Below are positions 26,233 to 38,772 of a DNA stretch of 64,000 nt, piece after piece; position 1 is the first letter of the stretch; every line of letters starts with the position of its first letter. A program made the translations under genes and the position numbers. Source of the stretch: Mustelus asterias (taxonomy: Eukaryota); assembly GCF_964213995.1 (NCBI RefSeq), contig NC_135801.1, positions 110,794,001 to 110,858,000 of the forward strand, given 5' to 3'. Under the pieces are notes generated by a model. The model was not told the origin of the DNA, did no database searches, and saw only the letters and a program-made list of their open reading frames with translations.

Positions 26233-27699
26233 TCTGTTTTTATAGGTTTCTACCGACAATGCCCTGGAACTGGTTTGAACCAGTTGTACAATTAGGCAGA
26301 CAGAGTTTCAGCTGAGAACTGACTCCTGTTTCAGGAATGCACTGACTAAAGTGCAGCTTTTAACTTCCCAATTAAAGAACTAATTTAGCTAACCCTGAAA
26401 GCAAGTTTAATGACTACTTACCTCCTTATAACTTACCACTTGAGCTCCTTGTTTCCACCCAACTCCAAAAGCACTCACACAGCCAGGCAGCACATTTTAA
26501 TGATATCCCCCCCTCTTCCTTCTAAACTCCATCGAGTACAGACATAGAGTCCTCAAACACTGCTCATATGTCAAGATTTTCATTCCTGGGATCATTCTCG
26601 CAAACTTCCTCTGGACCCTCTCCAGGGCCAGCACATCCTTCCTTAGATATGGGAGACTTATAAATCTTAAATAGAAGTACATCCCTTATTTTGTATTCTA
26701 GTCCTCACGAAATGAACACTAATATTGCATTTGCCTTCCTAACTACCAACTCAACCTGAAAGTTAACCTTAAGAGAATCCTGAACTAGGACTCCCAAGTC
26801 CCTTTGCGCTTCCAATTTATGAATTCTCTGCCCATTAATGTACTGGCACTGGCTGTAAGTAGGAGCAATACCAGGGGTGAGAAATGGCTCCCAAGCTTAC
26901 AGATGCACATTATAGGTCTTAAAAGTGGAAGTTGACAGGAGGAGAGTGATCATGTTTTTTTGAGGGCTAGGAATCCCTCAAGGTGAGCTCTCTGAGGAAA
27001 CACAGAAACATAATGAAATAGGCCGTCTTGCCCTTCGAGCCTGCTCCATCATTCAGTATGATCATGGCTGATCATCCAACTCAATAGCCTGATCCGACCG
27101 ACTTTCTTCGCCCCCCCGCCCCCTTCATATCCTTTGATCCCCTTTACCCCAAGAGGTATATTATCTCCTTCTTGAAAGCATACAATGTTTTGGCCTCAAC
27201 TGCTTTCTGAGGCAGCGAATTCCACAAACTCACTCACTGTTTGTGTGAAGAGTGGTGGTTCAACTAACTCAAGGGAGGCAGCCATTTGAATGCTGAAAAT
27301 GGGAATTTGAAGCTGAGGCTATGGCAAGTATGGCATCATATTTAAAACGGCTGCCTGCTCTGTTTTCACTGCTGCCTGACCACAGACTCAATCCACCCAA
27401 GCAGCTGGCCTGAAGCTACATTAAGAATGGCAGATGGAAAGCCCAGGTGGCCAGTAGGTTCAGTGATGCCTCCCTTGCAAGTTCTCCTCCAGGGTGCCAG
27501 GGCAAGTTAGGAGGTCCTTTTCCCCAGGAGGGAAGAGAAGAGGAGTGCACCTTAGTAAGCAATCCTGCATGGTGATTGCAGAGGAGGTCAGCAGCCATAG
27601 GGGCACCCAGAAAACGTGGATCAGTGCTACATTTCAATAATCTTATTTGGTCCACCATGGTGAGTACTGTAGAGTGAAGGGTTAACATTCGCAGCATTC

Positions 27700-28790
27700 A
27701 ATACTTATGTAATTACTGATGTGACTATGGACTTGATTCAATTAAACAAATCAATAAAGCGTGAGATCCGCCCAACGGCAGTGAATTAATGTCTCGCCAA
27801 ATTAGTAAAAAGCACTGCCATCACAAAACTTGATGCTAACAGCAGCTTTTGGCAGTTGCCTCTGGACTAAGAATCCAGATTGCGAACTACTTTTGTCACC
27901 CAATTTGGTCATTATTGTTTTAACAGATTACCATTCAGAATTGCTTCTGCACCTGAGACATTCCAAAGAAAAATGCCTCGGACCCTGGATGGGCATGGGA
28001 TGAGTGTCATGCCAATGGCCCATTGTGGGAAGAACATGACCATCGGTACTCGAAGTTCTACTGAAGCAGGTTTTACATTAAATAGCAAATGTGAATTTGC
28101 AAAACATATGATAAAATTCTTAGGGCACATTATGCAAGCTTCAGGGATTACTGCTGATCCTCAGACAGAGAGCCATTACGACAGCTGCTGTGACAAAGTC
28201 AACAATGGTGCTGGAACGTGAACGAGCAAAAAGCTTTTGAAAAGATCAAAAATCTCCAATGTCACCAGAAATTTGAGCGGACTATGATTCAGAGTTGCCA
28301 ATAATTCTTTGGCTTGAGCACAGCGCTGTTTCAAGTTCAACAAGATGGACAAAGAAAACTAGTTTATTATACCTCCAGATCACTAACAGATACAAAGAGG
28401 AGGAATGTAATCATTCAGAAAGAAGCATTAGCAGCCACATGGGTCTCTGGGATTAGGGTCTAAACCGACCACAAATCTTTGGTTACACCTCTTCGTCGAA
28501 AGGAAATTACAAAACCGCTGCCTAGAATTCAATGTTTTAGACCAAGACTCACGAAATATGATTCATTTACTCAGTACATACAAGGGAAGTGCCAGACCAC
28601 AGCAGATGTATTGTCAAGAATACCAGTGGAAGAAGTCAAACTGGAAGATTTAAATTTAATTGAGGAAATGAAACCATATATCTCACTCATTATCAAATAC
28701 TTATCAGCCACCAAGAAGAGATTAGAAAAAATTAAGCAAGCACAGCAGCAAGATGATAAGTGCATCAAAATAAAAGCCTGGTAGTTGAGG
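27700..28790 (+). mobile_element. Decayed Gypsy/Ty3 LTR-retrotransposon pol (RT-RNase H)
   Basis: TKLDANSSFWQLPL*ESRLRTTFVTQFGHYCFNRLPFRIASAPETFQRKM, KCEFAKHMIKFLGH, QKEALAATW, TDHKSL, PRIQ...YIQGKCQTTADVLSR, with stops and frameshifts. Confidence 0.88.
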
Positions 28791-29899
28791 TGGCCTCTCT
28801 CTTATTCCAACGCCTTCTATCCAGAAAGCCTCCCCATTCCCCTAAAACATTCAGTCTCTTGTTTCTTTGGAGTAAGTGCCACTGCTCCTATATGAACCTG
28901 ATAGCATGTCCTTTCAATGCTGGCAATTTCTCCCCCTTTTGCCATTGTGTGGCAAGGCCCACTGTGCATCCCACTACCAACCACTGCACGCTTGATCTAT
29001 CAAAGCCTGCCTAAGAGAGCCAGCATTTAGCCTTTGCTTCTTTGCCATCTCATTTAACCAGGCAAGATTATGAAGCATTTTACTCTGTGTGCTTCATTGT
29101 TAAAATGTGAAATGTGCCTTATTATTGCAGTTAATTAGACTTTCAAATACATAACTGGTCTCTCGCTATGTTTGCATTGGTAAAATCCGGAAGCAATATA
29201 AAGAAGTCGAACTTCTAGTTAAACATGGTCCATTCCTATTTTATGGCCTCCCCACCTCCCAACTCTTGTAAGTGGTCCGTTAAAATTCTGGCCCTTTTCT
29301 CTTTGCTGATGCTACCTGACCTGCTGAATGTTTGTAGCAGGAGAAGATTATAGAAATAGGAGGAAATGAGAACTTGAAAATTACAATCTTAAAATCAAAG
29401 TCTTCCAGATCTGGGGAAGGTATGGCGCATTGTGCAGAACCAATCTCCATCCATTGTCAGCCTCTGTGAATGTGCTTGTTTTCATTGTGAGAAACTTCTA
29501 TTTTAACTTCGTTAACTGCTCCATATAAAAGATGTCACCATGGAAACTATGACGTTCTCAGTTATGCCTGTCTTTCTGTAAGATATGTTAAAAACTCTAT
29601 ATACCAAACCTACTCAGGATCCTTCTTTGACTTCTTTCTCTATTATGTCGATAATCGTGTTTTGTGTTCTTTACTGCTCTTACTATAATCTACCATTAAT
29701 ATTATGAGAAAAATGTTCAATTTCATCCATCAGAGCAGATTATCGAAACCACCTGATTTTCCATTTGCTTCAAAGAGTGAGCGATTCACTCTGCTGGTTT
29801 ACACTATCTAGGAGGCAAAGTTGAAGTTTACCACCCATCCCTTGCTTTTCCATGGTTCACCTCTGATTCCTTCCCAGGCTTGTATCTCTCTTTACCTTT

Positions 29900-30720
29900 G
29901 GTTTTCCACAGAAATCAATGGCAGGTCAAATCTTCAGCATCTACAGTATTTGTTTCTATAACAGGCCTACCTAGATTATACTATTTCTCACCTCCCATCT
30001 TGCAAAGGCTCCAGCCCTTTCTCCTGGTTTTGCCAGTTGTTTTTATGACTCCACTTTTCACACCAGAGCTTCTGCAGGTCCTTTTCCTTAAATCCCAAGT
30101 TGATGATTCCATATAGATTGACGGTGTCTGTTCCACTTTCAGGATCACACATCACTTTCCCCCTCTTCCAGTCTCATCAACAGGGTCCGTTAACATCACT
30201 TCCAGCTAATCAACATCTATGCTCATTAGGTCATCTTCTGCTTTTTCCACCACCTAAAATTCAACACCAACTATCTTCCTTGCTTCACTGTTTTCCAGAG
30301 GAATCCTTTTTAGTTCCAAGATAGCTTTCTACAGTCTTCCACAAATTCTACTTCCAGCTGTCTTTTCTCTCATAACTTTCCAGGCAACAACAGATGCTGC
30401 AACATCAACCAAGCTACTTTCTTCCACACTACTATACGAGTGCCAAATTTTCTTTCAATTTACACATACTTTCACCATTTACTGCTCATGCTGCACTCTT
30501 CCATACAGTGGGCAAATCAAACACAGATTAAATTGATACTCTATCAGCAATTGTGAAGCTGGCCTCCCTGAGGCTAGCCACTTTTCAATTCCTCTGCCTA
30601 TTCTCTCACTGAGTTCTGCATCTTTGCATTCTTGCACTAATCAACAAGGTTCAGCACAAACTTTATCACTGATATAGAAAATCAGTTCGTAGTTTATAGT
30701 TTCAGCACACATTTTTTTTA
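29900..30720 (+). mobile_element. Highly decayed Penelope-like fragment
   Basis: Weak similarity to Penelope RT C-terminus and GIY-YIG DNA (tgctcatgctgcactcttccatacagtgggcaaatcaaacacagatta; gctagccacttttcaattcc). Confidence 0.4.
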
Positions 30721-30789
30721 AAAACTGACCATTGACATTTAGTCCACTCACAAATTATTGGACTTCAGCATGCTTTTTTCCATAAAAAA

Positions 30790-30975
30790 AAGAACATTTA
30801 TATAGCACCCTTCACATCTTCATTACATCCATCATTGTTATTTTGGCAAACACAGTAGCTAGTTTTGGTACAGCAAGGTCCCACAATTAAATGAAAAATG
30901 AGATTATCTATTTTAGTTGTTGGCCAAGGAATTCCTCAGAAATTGCAACAAATCTTCTACATTCACCTGAACATC
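30790..30975 (-). mobile_element. Decayed DeuSINE (SacSINE1-like) remnant
   Basis: catttatatagcaccctt...gtacagcaaggtcccaca resembles the reverse-complemented Deu domain and L2-like tail. Confidence 0.45.
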
Positions 30976-31269
30976 CATTTCATTAGTGCCTAAAGATTGA
31001 ACAGTATTATGATGATACTTTGATTTCTTATGAATAACTATACTGCACAAAAACCTTAAATCTACAAATTAATTTGTAAAGGATATAGGTATCCTATAAT
31101 ATTTTCTTTGCTTGGCAATGACTTATTTCATCTATCTCTATTATATTAGCCAAGATTTTGCAGCAGTAATGACGACAAAACAGTCGATGTTGGCTGTCAT
31201 TATTCCACTGAAACATTCAGCAACTTCAGGTGTCCACGAACACGGAACAATGTAGAAATCAGAAGTTTC

Positions 31270-34050
31270 TATCAGGATAACACAATAGTTATAATGGGGG
31301 GCTTTAAATGTCCTAATATAGACTGGGATGATAATAGTGAGAGGGGAAGAGAAGGGCAAGAGTTTCAACAGTGTGTTCAGGAGATTTTTCTCCATCAGTA
31401 TGTTTCCAGTCCATCAAGGAAAGAGGCATTGCTGGAAATAGTTCTGGGGAATGAGGGACACAAGTGTCAGTAATATAACATTTAGAAACAGTGATCACAG
31501 TATCATAGCTTGCTTATGGAAAAGGTCAAGGAGCAATGCAGAGTAAAATTAATTAATTCAGGGCAGGCCAACTTGAAAGTGAATAGATCTGGTCCAGGTA
31601 AACTGGAACAGCATAATAAAAGCAAAATACTGTGGATGCTGGAAGTTTAAAATAAGAACAGAAAATGCTGAATAAACTCAGCAGGTCTGGCAGCATCTGT
31701 GGAGAGAAACAGAGTTAACGTTTTGAGTCCATATGACCCCCTCTAAAGAACTGCGGGATAGAAATACTATCCCTCTTCAGTTCTTTAGCAGGGACAAAAC
31801 ATTGTTTCTCTCTCCACTGACGCTGTCAGACCTGCTGAGTTTATCTCAATCTTCTGTTTAAATTAGAACAGCAGACTGGCAGGTAAAATTGCCCCAGAAC
31901 AATGGGCTGCCTTTAAAGAGTAGATGAGTAGTTCAGGAAGAGTCAAGGGACATTGCAAGAGGGGAAAAAAGGCATGGCAAAAAAATTCAGAGCCCCCTGC
32001 ATAATGAAAGAAAGGAAGTCTGGCAGAGCGAGGATACATGCGACAAATGTCTGATGGAAAACACAATTGAGAACTAGAGTGAAAATCGAAGGTTTGGGGG
32101 AAATTGATAAAACAAGTAAGAGAAGCTAAGCGAGGGTGTGAAAATGAGCTGGCAGCTAACATCAAAGAGGATTCAGAAGTCCTCTATAGGCAAATAAATT
32201 GTAAAAGGGTGGTAAAATGAGGAATGGGACCGATTATGGACCAAAAAGAGAGTAATTTTGCATGGAAGCATAGTGCATGGTTGAGGCATTAAATGAATAA
32301 TTTGCACCAGCCTTTACCAAGGAAGTGGATGTTTCCCGAGTCTTAGTGAAAAAAAACAGGTAGTTGAGACACTGGAGTTTTAAATCTTTGGGATATACTT
32401 AGAATCATCACAACGTAGGAGACGACAATTTGGTTCATCCTTTCTGCAAGTTCAAATCACCTAGTCCCCTTCACCTCCCTTACCCCTTGGTCTTGCAAAT
32501 CTCTTTTGAAAGCCACAATTGAATCTGTTTCCACACACTCTAAGGCAGTGCATTCCGGACCGAACACTCAATGTAAAAAGGATTTTCTTCATGTGCTGTT
32601 GCTTCTTATGCCAATTACCAACTTCAGGTCACCAATTTAAGGTAAGTTATCAGGACTGGTTGAGATACATCCAAGGATATCGAGGAAAGTGAGGGTGGAA
32701 ACCTGCAGACCCCAATTTGTTTTCCTTTAGATACAAAGATGGTGCCTGAGAACAGGAGAACTGCAAATGTTCAGAAAGAATTAAGACAAGCTCAGCAACA
32801 GCAGGTCAGTCAGTTTAACCTCAGCAGTGGAGAAGCTTTTGGAAACAATGGCTGGAATTTTATGCACCCGAGGATGGAACGGCAGATGGGGAGAGGGTCC
32901 ATGAACTTAAGCGCTATACCAGTGGAGCTATGTCTAGAAGCTATGTGACTTCACCAGGCCCCTCTTCAATTTTAGCAGCAATGGGGTGGGGGTTGCCTAT
33001 GGCCAATTGAGGCTATTTAAGAGCCTCCTCCTGCCGCTACTGGGATTGTACCTGGTGGGGAAGACTGCCACCAAATGTCCAGCTCGTCAGATGAAATCTG
33101 GCAGACCAGTGGCTGGGCAAAGGGGGCTCTTTTTCAAGACAACTATGTCTATCAGAAGTATTCCCCCTGCTCGTATTTTCCTCCCTTCTACCCTAACCAC
33201 TCCGGCCCTCACCCAAAGGTTGGCTGACCTCGGCAAGACTTAACTTTGTCCAGGCTCCGTCGCAGTTTGCTTTTGTCAGGGACTCTCAGCAGTTCTAGCA
33301 GTGGCTGCCTTGCCCATGAATTCTGAAGAGGATAGTGTTCAACTTCAAAAGAACATAGATAGCTGGTGAAATGGGTGGGCAAATAGCACCTTAAATTAAT
33401 GCAGTGTGAAATGCTTCATCTTCAGAGGAAGAATGATGCGAGGTAATATAAAATAAAGGGTACAATTCTAAAGGGGTTCACAAACAGAGACACCCAAGTT
33501 AAAAGTGCACAGATCATTGATGGTGGAAGGACAGATATTATCAAGCATACAAGGTCCTGAGCTTTATAAATAGAGGCATTGGATACAAAAGCAAGGAAGT
33601 TTTGATAGACCTGTCTAAAACATTGGTTCAGCCTCAACTGGAGCATGGTGACAAGCTCTAGTTTTTGCACTTCAGGAAAGACTTGAAAGTATTAGAGATA
33701 TGTGGATAGGTTGCAGAAGCTGGGGTTATTCTCCTTGGGAAAAGAGAAGATTAAGAAGACTCTGTACAGAGCAGACAGGGAGAAAATTATCCTTTTGGTA
33801 GCTGAATCCAGAACCAGAGGGCATGGATTTGAGGTGCAAAAGAAGCAATGGTGACGCAAAGGAAAACCTTTGAATGCTGCAAGTGGTTAGAAGCTGGAAA
33901 GCATTACCCGAGAGTAAGCTGGAGTCAGATTAAATTGAGAGCTTCAAGAGAGCATTGTGTAAGTATTCGAAGAGAAAAGATCTGTCAGGCTATGGAGAAA
34001 ATGTTTGGGAAGTGAACGAGGTAAATTCTGCTTGCAGAGAGGCAGCACAG
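31270..34050 (+). mobile_element. Old fragmented CR1 with several later insertions
   Basis: Endonuclease remnants (gttataatgggggctttaa...gactggga; agtgatcac), linker, and RT/3' remnants up to about 34050. Confidence 0.65.
31614..31860. mobile_element. Palindromic Penelope-like terminal insertion (second family)
   Basis: Inverted arms ataaactcagcaggtctggcagcatctgtggagaga and tctctccactgacgctgtcagacctgctgagtttat. Degenerate TSD aactggaacagca / aattagaacagca. Confidence 0.7.
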
Positions 34051-34813
34051 ACATATTGGGCGGAATATTCCTGTCCTGCCCACCATGGGAATTGTAGTGG
34101 AAGGGAGACAGACCATGCAAAGGTCTGTTGACCTCAGGCGGGATTTTCCGATCTTGGAGCGAGCACGGCCAGATAATCCTACCCAACAGGTTGAATGGCA
34201 ACTTTCTCTGCTGCAACCACTCAGTGCTTTGATAATTCAGTAATGCTACACTCCTAAAGAGGGTACCGCGTTGATGTTGCCAGCAAACCTAAGCTGGTCA
34301 GTGAATTGATGAAAACTTGTGCTTTTGTTCAGTTAGTCTCACTCTTGAGAAACTTAGACCTTGCTGAATGAGGTGTGATTGTGTTTTTAACAGTTGATAA
34401 GTCATAATTACTGTTAATGATCAACATTAGCTTTGAAAAGCTCACTTTATATTTGTAGAATGTTACATTTCTCCATTATTTAAAAAAAACAGATTTAGCA
34501 ATTTATCTTGTGTGTCAATCTAAGTATAATCACTTACTTAGCTATATGAAAATTTGAAGTGAAGAATAATCAGTACTGGTTTTCTTCTATGAGAATACTT
34601 CAGTGGGATTGGCTGCTTTTCTTGCTTCTTGTCATCACTGTTTATTGGATGCATTGCAATCCCCTTGTCTTAGCACCAGACGTAAACTGCCATCAGGAAA
34701 GGGGAAATCCAAGTCGCGGAGATCATTAGATCTTTGTGGGCAGCTTTCAAGATCAATAGTGAGTTCATTGCTTTGCCGCTGAATTCAAAATCCCACCAAT
34801 AATTACATCCTGC

Positions 34814-35085
34814 TGGCACAGTGCTCACAGCACCAGGGACCCGGGTTCGATTCCCGGCTTGGGTGACTGTGTGGAGTCTGCACGTTCTCCCAGTGTCTGC
34901 GTAGGTTTCATCCGGGTGCTCCGGTTTCCTCCCACAGTGCATGCTGGTTAGGTGCATTAGCCATGCTAAATTCTCCCTCAGTGTACCTGAACAGGCGCCG
35001 GAGTGTGGCGATTCAGGGATTTTCACAGTAACTTCATTGCAGTGCCAATGTAAGCCTACTTATGACAATAATAAACTAAACTTTT
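34814..35085 (+). mobile_element. V-SINE (non-CR1 tail type), about 90 bp from the GABRA exon donor
   Basis: B box gggttcgattccc, V domain, tail cagtaacttcattgcagtgccaatgtaagcctacttatgacaataataaa. Confidence 0.88.
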
Positions 35086-35171
35086 TATCCATTATTATTA
35101 TTTCTGTTGTATGCATTGGAAAAAACGGAATGGTTCACATGCTTGTATTTTAAAAACATATTGGTACTTAC

Positions 35172-35239
35172 CATGTCAGTGTCTGAAACAGGTCCAAAGC
35201 TTGTAACATAGATGTCTGTCTTGACTTCAGTTATTCTTT
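35172..35239 (-). CDS. GABRA3: Internal 68-bp exon of a GABA-A receptor alpha subunit (extracellular ligand-binding domain); most similar to alpha-3, alpha-2 possible
   Basis: Minus strand reads tattttcttattttaccAG|aa aga ata act gaa gtc aag aca gac atc tat gtt aca agc ttt gga cct gtt tca gac act gac atg|GTaagt, giving (E)[22 protein letters not shown]. This matches the conserved [20 protein letters not shown] segment and the 68-nt phase-1/phase-0 exon of vertebrate GABRA genes. Family call is strong; paralog call is only moderate. Confidence 0.9.
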
Positions 35240-35689
35240 CTGGTAAAATAAGAAAATATAAAAGACTGGTAGTGAGTATAATCTTTTCAGTTTATGACGC
35301 TATTCCTATCACAAGTAACAGGCTCCATATTTTATAACACTATTCTAAATTTGCCATATAACATGCTAAATGCTTAGCTTGAAAGAATTATGATTTGATT
35401 AAAATTCTATATTATGAATGAAATATGCCATAAATATTGATCTTTAGAAAATATGGAGCAGGTTCTTTGCACAGACATTAGAAATACTTATATTTGACAT
35501 TTTATGGAGCATACTGAATTGAGAGGAGCTACTCATTTTTCCAAGGAATGGCAGTGAATGCAACGAGACGATGACAACAACATCTGAATATCTAGTCATG
35601 GGTTTCAGTCCATATCTGTAGCAATGATTGAATACAAATGCCCAGAAAGATTGAAATCAAAATTCATAGATACGTTTCTGACCACCTAT

Positions 35690-36470
35690 CTACCCCATCA
35701 AGATTGTCCCATACTTCTATCTCAGTAAGGAAGATGGTTGTGGTTATTGGAAGTCAATCATCATAGGTGCAGGACACTTCTTCAGGAGTTCTCCAGTGTA
35801 GTGACATGGCCCAACCATCTTCAGCTCTTTAGTCAATGATCTTTAATCCATTATAAAGGCCAGAAAGGGGGGTGTCTGTTGATGATTGAACAATGTTCAG
35901 CACCACTCGTGACTCCTCAGATACTGAACCAGTTGGTGTCCATACGCAGCAAGACCTGAACAACATTCAGGCTTGGACTGATAAGTGGCTGTTAGTATTC
36001 ATGTCACACAAGGACTAGGCAATGACCCTCTCTAACAACAGATTATCAAGGGTGTGATGGAATACTCTGCACTTGACTGGATGAGTGCAGCTCCAACAAC
36101 ACAAGAAGCTCAATACCAGCCAGGCCAAAGCAGCCCACTTGATTGGCAAACCCTGCAGCATCTTAAACATTTACTCTCTCCTCTGACAGCACCTTCCAAA
36201 CCTGTGACTTGTACCACCTAGAAGGACCAGAGCAATAGATGCATGAGTACATCACCATCTGTAGATTCTCCTCAACGTCACCCACCATACTAACTTGGAA
36301 CAATATCTTTGTTCCTTCACTGCCGTGAGTTCATAATCCTAGAAAGCCCATCCTAAAAGCACTGCAGGTAAAACTGCTCCACATGAATTGCAGCTTTTAA
36401 GACGACAGCTCACCACCACATTCAAGGGAAAATAGGGATGGGAAACAAACGCTGGCCTAGCCATCCAATG
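35690..36470 (+). mobile_element. Decayed CR1-group/L2-group LINE RT and 3' fragment
   Basis: ggttgtggttattggaagtcaatcatc...ggcccaaccatcttcagct...gcagcaagacctgaacaacattcaggcttggactgataagtggc. Same family as 60045-61625. Confidence 0.65.
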
Positions 36471-36740
36471 ATTTTTTTTTAAACTGACCATCTATGCTCC
36501 TGCCTCAGCTCAGTTGCTGCTAAAATACTCATTCATGCCTTGTTCCCTTCCAAGCTTTTCTATTAAAATGATGGCTAGACTTCCATCTTCCACAGACTTG
36601 AGCTTATTCAAACCTCTACTTTCCATATTCTAATTTGTACCAAGTCCATTAGTTTTGACTTACATTGGCTCCCAGTCTGGAAACAACAATTTGAACATCC
36701 TCATCCTGGTTTTCAAATCTCTTTTTGCCCTCTAGTTCCG

Positions 36741-37063
36741 TGATTTTGATTTGATTTGATTTATTATTGTCACATGTATTAACAGACAGTGAAAAGTATT
36801 GTTTCTTGCGCGCTATACAGACAAAACATACCGTTCATAGAGAAGGAAACGAGAGTGCGCAGAACGTAGCTAGGTTACAGTCATAGCTAGGGTGCAGAGA
36901 AAGATCAACTTAATGCAAAGCAAGTCCATTCAAAAGTCTGACAGCAGCAGGGAAGAAGCTGTTCTTGAGTCGGTTGGTACGTGACCTCAGACTTTTGTAT
37001 CTTTTTCCCGAAGGAAGAAAGTGGAAGAGAGAATGTCCAGGATGCGTGGGGTCCTTAATTATG
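36741..37063 (-). mobile_element. Rex1/Babar-like LINE 3' end inserted in decayed L2 sequence
   Basis: (TTTGA)n tail and shared 3' UTR. Confidence 0.88.
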
Positions 37064-37929
37064 ATCTCCCCCACCCCCAGCCCTCACCCACTAACTTCTG
37101 AGATCTCAGTGTTTAGCCAATTGCAGCCTTACCAATTTCAATTACTGCACCAATGGCAGCAGTGTTTTTAAACTGCCTGTGTCCTATACTCCACAATTCC
37201 CTCCCTAAATCTCTTCACTTCTTTTGTTTCACTCCTCTTTGAAGGTGCTCTTTAAAACCTACTTCCTTGACCAAGCTTTTAGTCACCTGTCGACTGAGTT
37301 CTTAAGTGGATCAGCCAATTTTCTTTTAATAATGTTCCTCTGAAGCACTTGGTAATATCTTGCCATTGTAAATGTACAATATAAATGCAAGTTAATGCAT
37401 TTGTTGTTGATAGAGAATAGAATAGAGCTCATCCCCCGAGTTGTTACTGGAAAAAAAATAATCTAAAAAGAAATGAGATACAGACAACATAGCTGATGGG
37501 GAGGCCACACAACAGGAATTTGTTCAGAAGTTCAGGGTATTGGATACTATCTATTGCACTGGGACATCTGAGGCAGTGACAGATGAATCAGTTTTCAAGA
37601 GCTGATTCCCAGAAGTACATAACTGGTAATCACTTCTAACTGGAACATTGTACATTCTGTCACATGGAAGCAATGTACGGATATATTTCATAAATATTCC
37701 CATTCTATGTTCCATGGTTAATATCTATGGAGGATTCACAACGTAGCTAGGATACAGATTGTAATTTCTTTGGTAATATTTTATTTAGTCAAAATAAAGA
37801 AACTATTTTCTGTAAATAGAACATGGCAGGTAGGTGAAAGAGTTGATACCAATAATCTAGCCTAGGATGTTGTTACAATAGTTGTATGAATAACAGACAT
37901 CTTCACAATGTACATGACATATAAAAAAA

Positions 37930-38335
37930 AGATATATATCTACCATTTGAAGTGTGATTCCAAATCTCTCCATAGCCTCGCCATTCCCTATCTTTGTAAC
38001 TTCTTCCAGCCCTACATGCCTCCAAAATCTGTGTGCTCCTTCAATTCTAGCCACTTTGCCTCTCTCTCCTCTGCTTTAGGACACTCCTAATAAGCTATCT
38101 CTTCAATCAAACCTTTGGTCACTTGTACTAATCGCTCCTTATAGAGTCATAAAATCATTATAGTTCAGGTGGCCACCATTTGGCCCATCGACTCCATGTC
38201 AGTTCTCTGTACAGCTATCCAATTAGTTCCATTTCATTTGTATCTCATTACCAACTTGTGTTTTGTACATTCCTATGAAACATTTTGGGACCTTTCACTT
38301 TGTTGAATACGTTATATAACGCAAGTTGTTGCTGT
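37930..38335 (+). mobile_element. Decayed L2 3' fragments
   Basis: caaatctctccatagcctcgccattccctatctttgtaacttcttccagccctac...atataacgcaagttgttgctg. Similar pieces at 36480-36740 and 37065-37410. Confidence 0.55.
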
Positions 38336-38772
38336 CTGACATATTCACAATTAAAAAGTAACTACTGGTTTTGCATGTAAACCTTATAATTTGGGGCTTG
38401 GCAGAATCAGGGAACACATAATTTATGAAAACCATCTAATTTCCAATTTTCCCATCATGTTTATTTAGAGTAATCAATCACTTTTACTCGGCTCAGGGCT
38501 ATCCAAACTGGTCTTGTATTCATTTCAAGTAGGATTATTGAAAATGAGGTAAATTTAGAAAAAATTAAGAGTGAAAGATCATGCATTCCATAATCGCATC
38601 CCCCTATATTTGTTCTTCCATCATGGCATTTAATTATGTTTTAAATGCTACAAACATTTTCGTCATTATTACTTCATTTGGCAGAGTTCCAAATGTGTGT
38701 CACTCTCAGAAAAAGATGATTTTTCTTAGTTTCGCTCTTCACTAGATTTCCAATTTGAAATAACAACCTGGT

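Larger units (their letters stand above)
23234..26835 (-). mobile_element. Nested CR1s: outer 3' fragment (23234-23607 plus 26497-26835) split by an internally deleted inner CR1 (23608-26495)
   Basis: Two CR1 3' tails at 23234 and 23608. RT ORFs at 23921-24802; endonuclease/linker ORF 24933..25475 (PTREQATLDLV, SRDHNMIEF). The outer copy resumes in register at 26497. Confidence 0.85.

Noticed and set aside
35172-35239. GABRA3 I/M A-to-I editing site
   Set aside because: That site is in the TM3-coding exon far downstream, not in this extracellular-domain exon.
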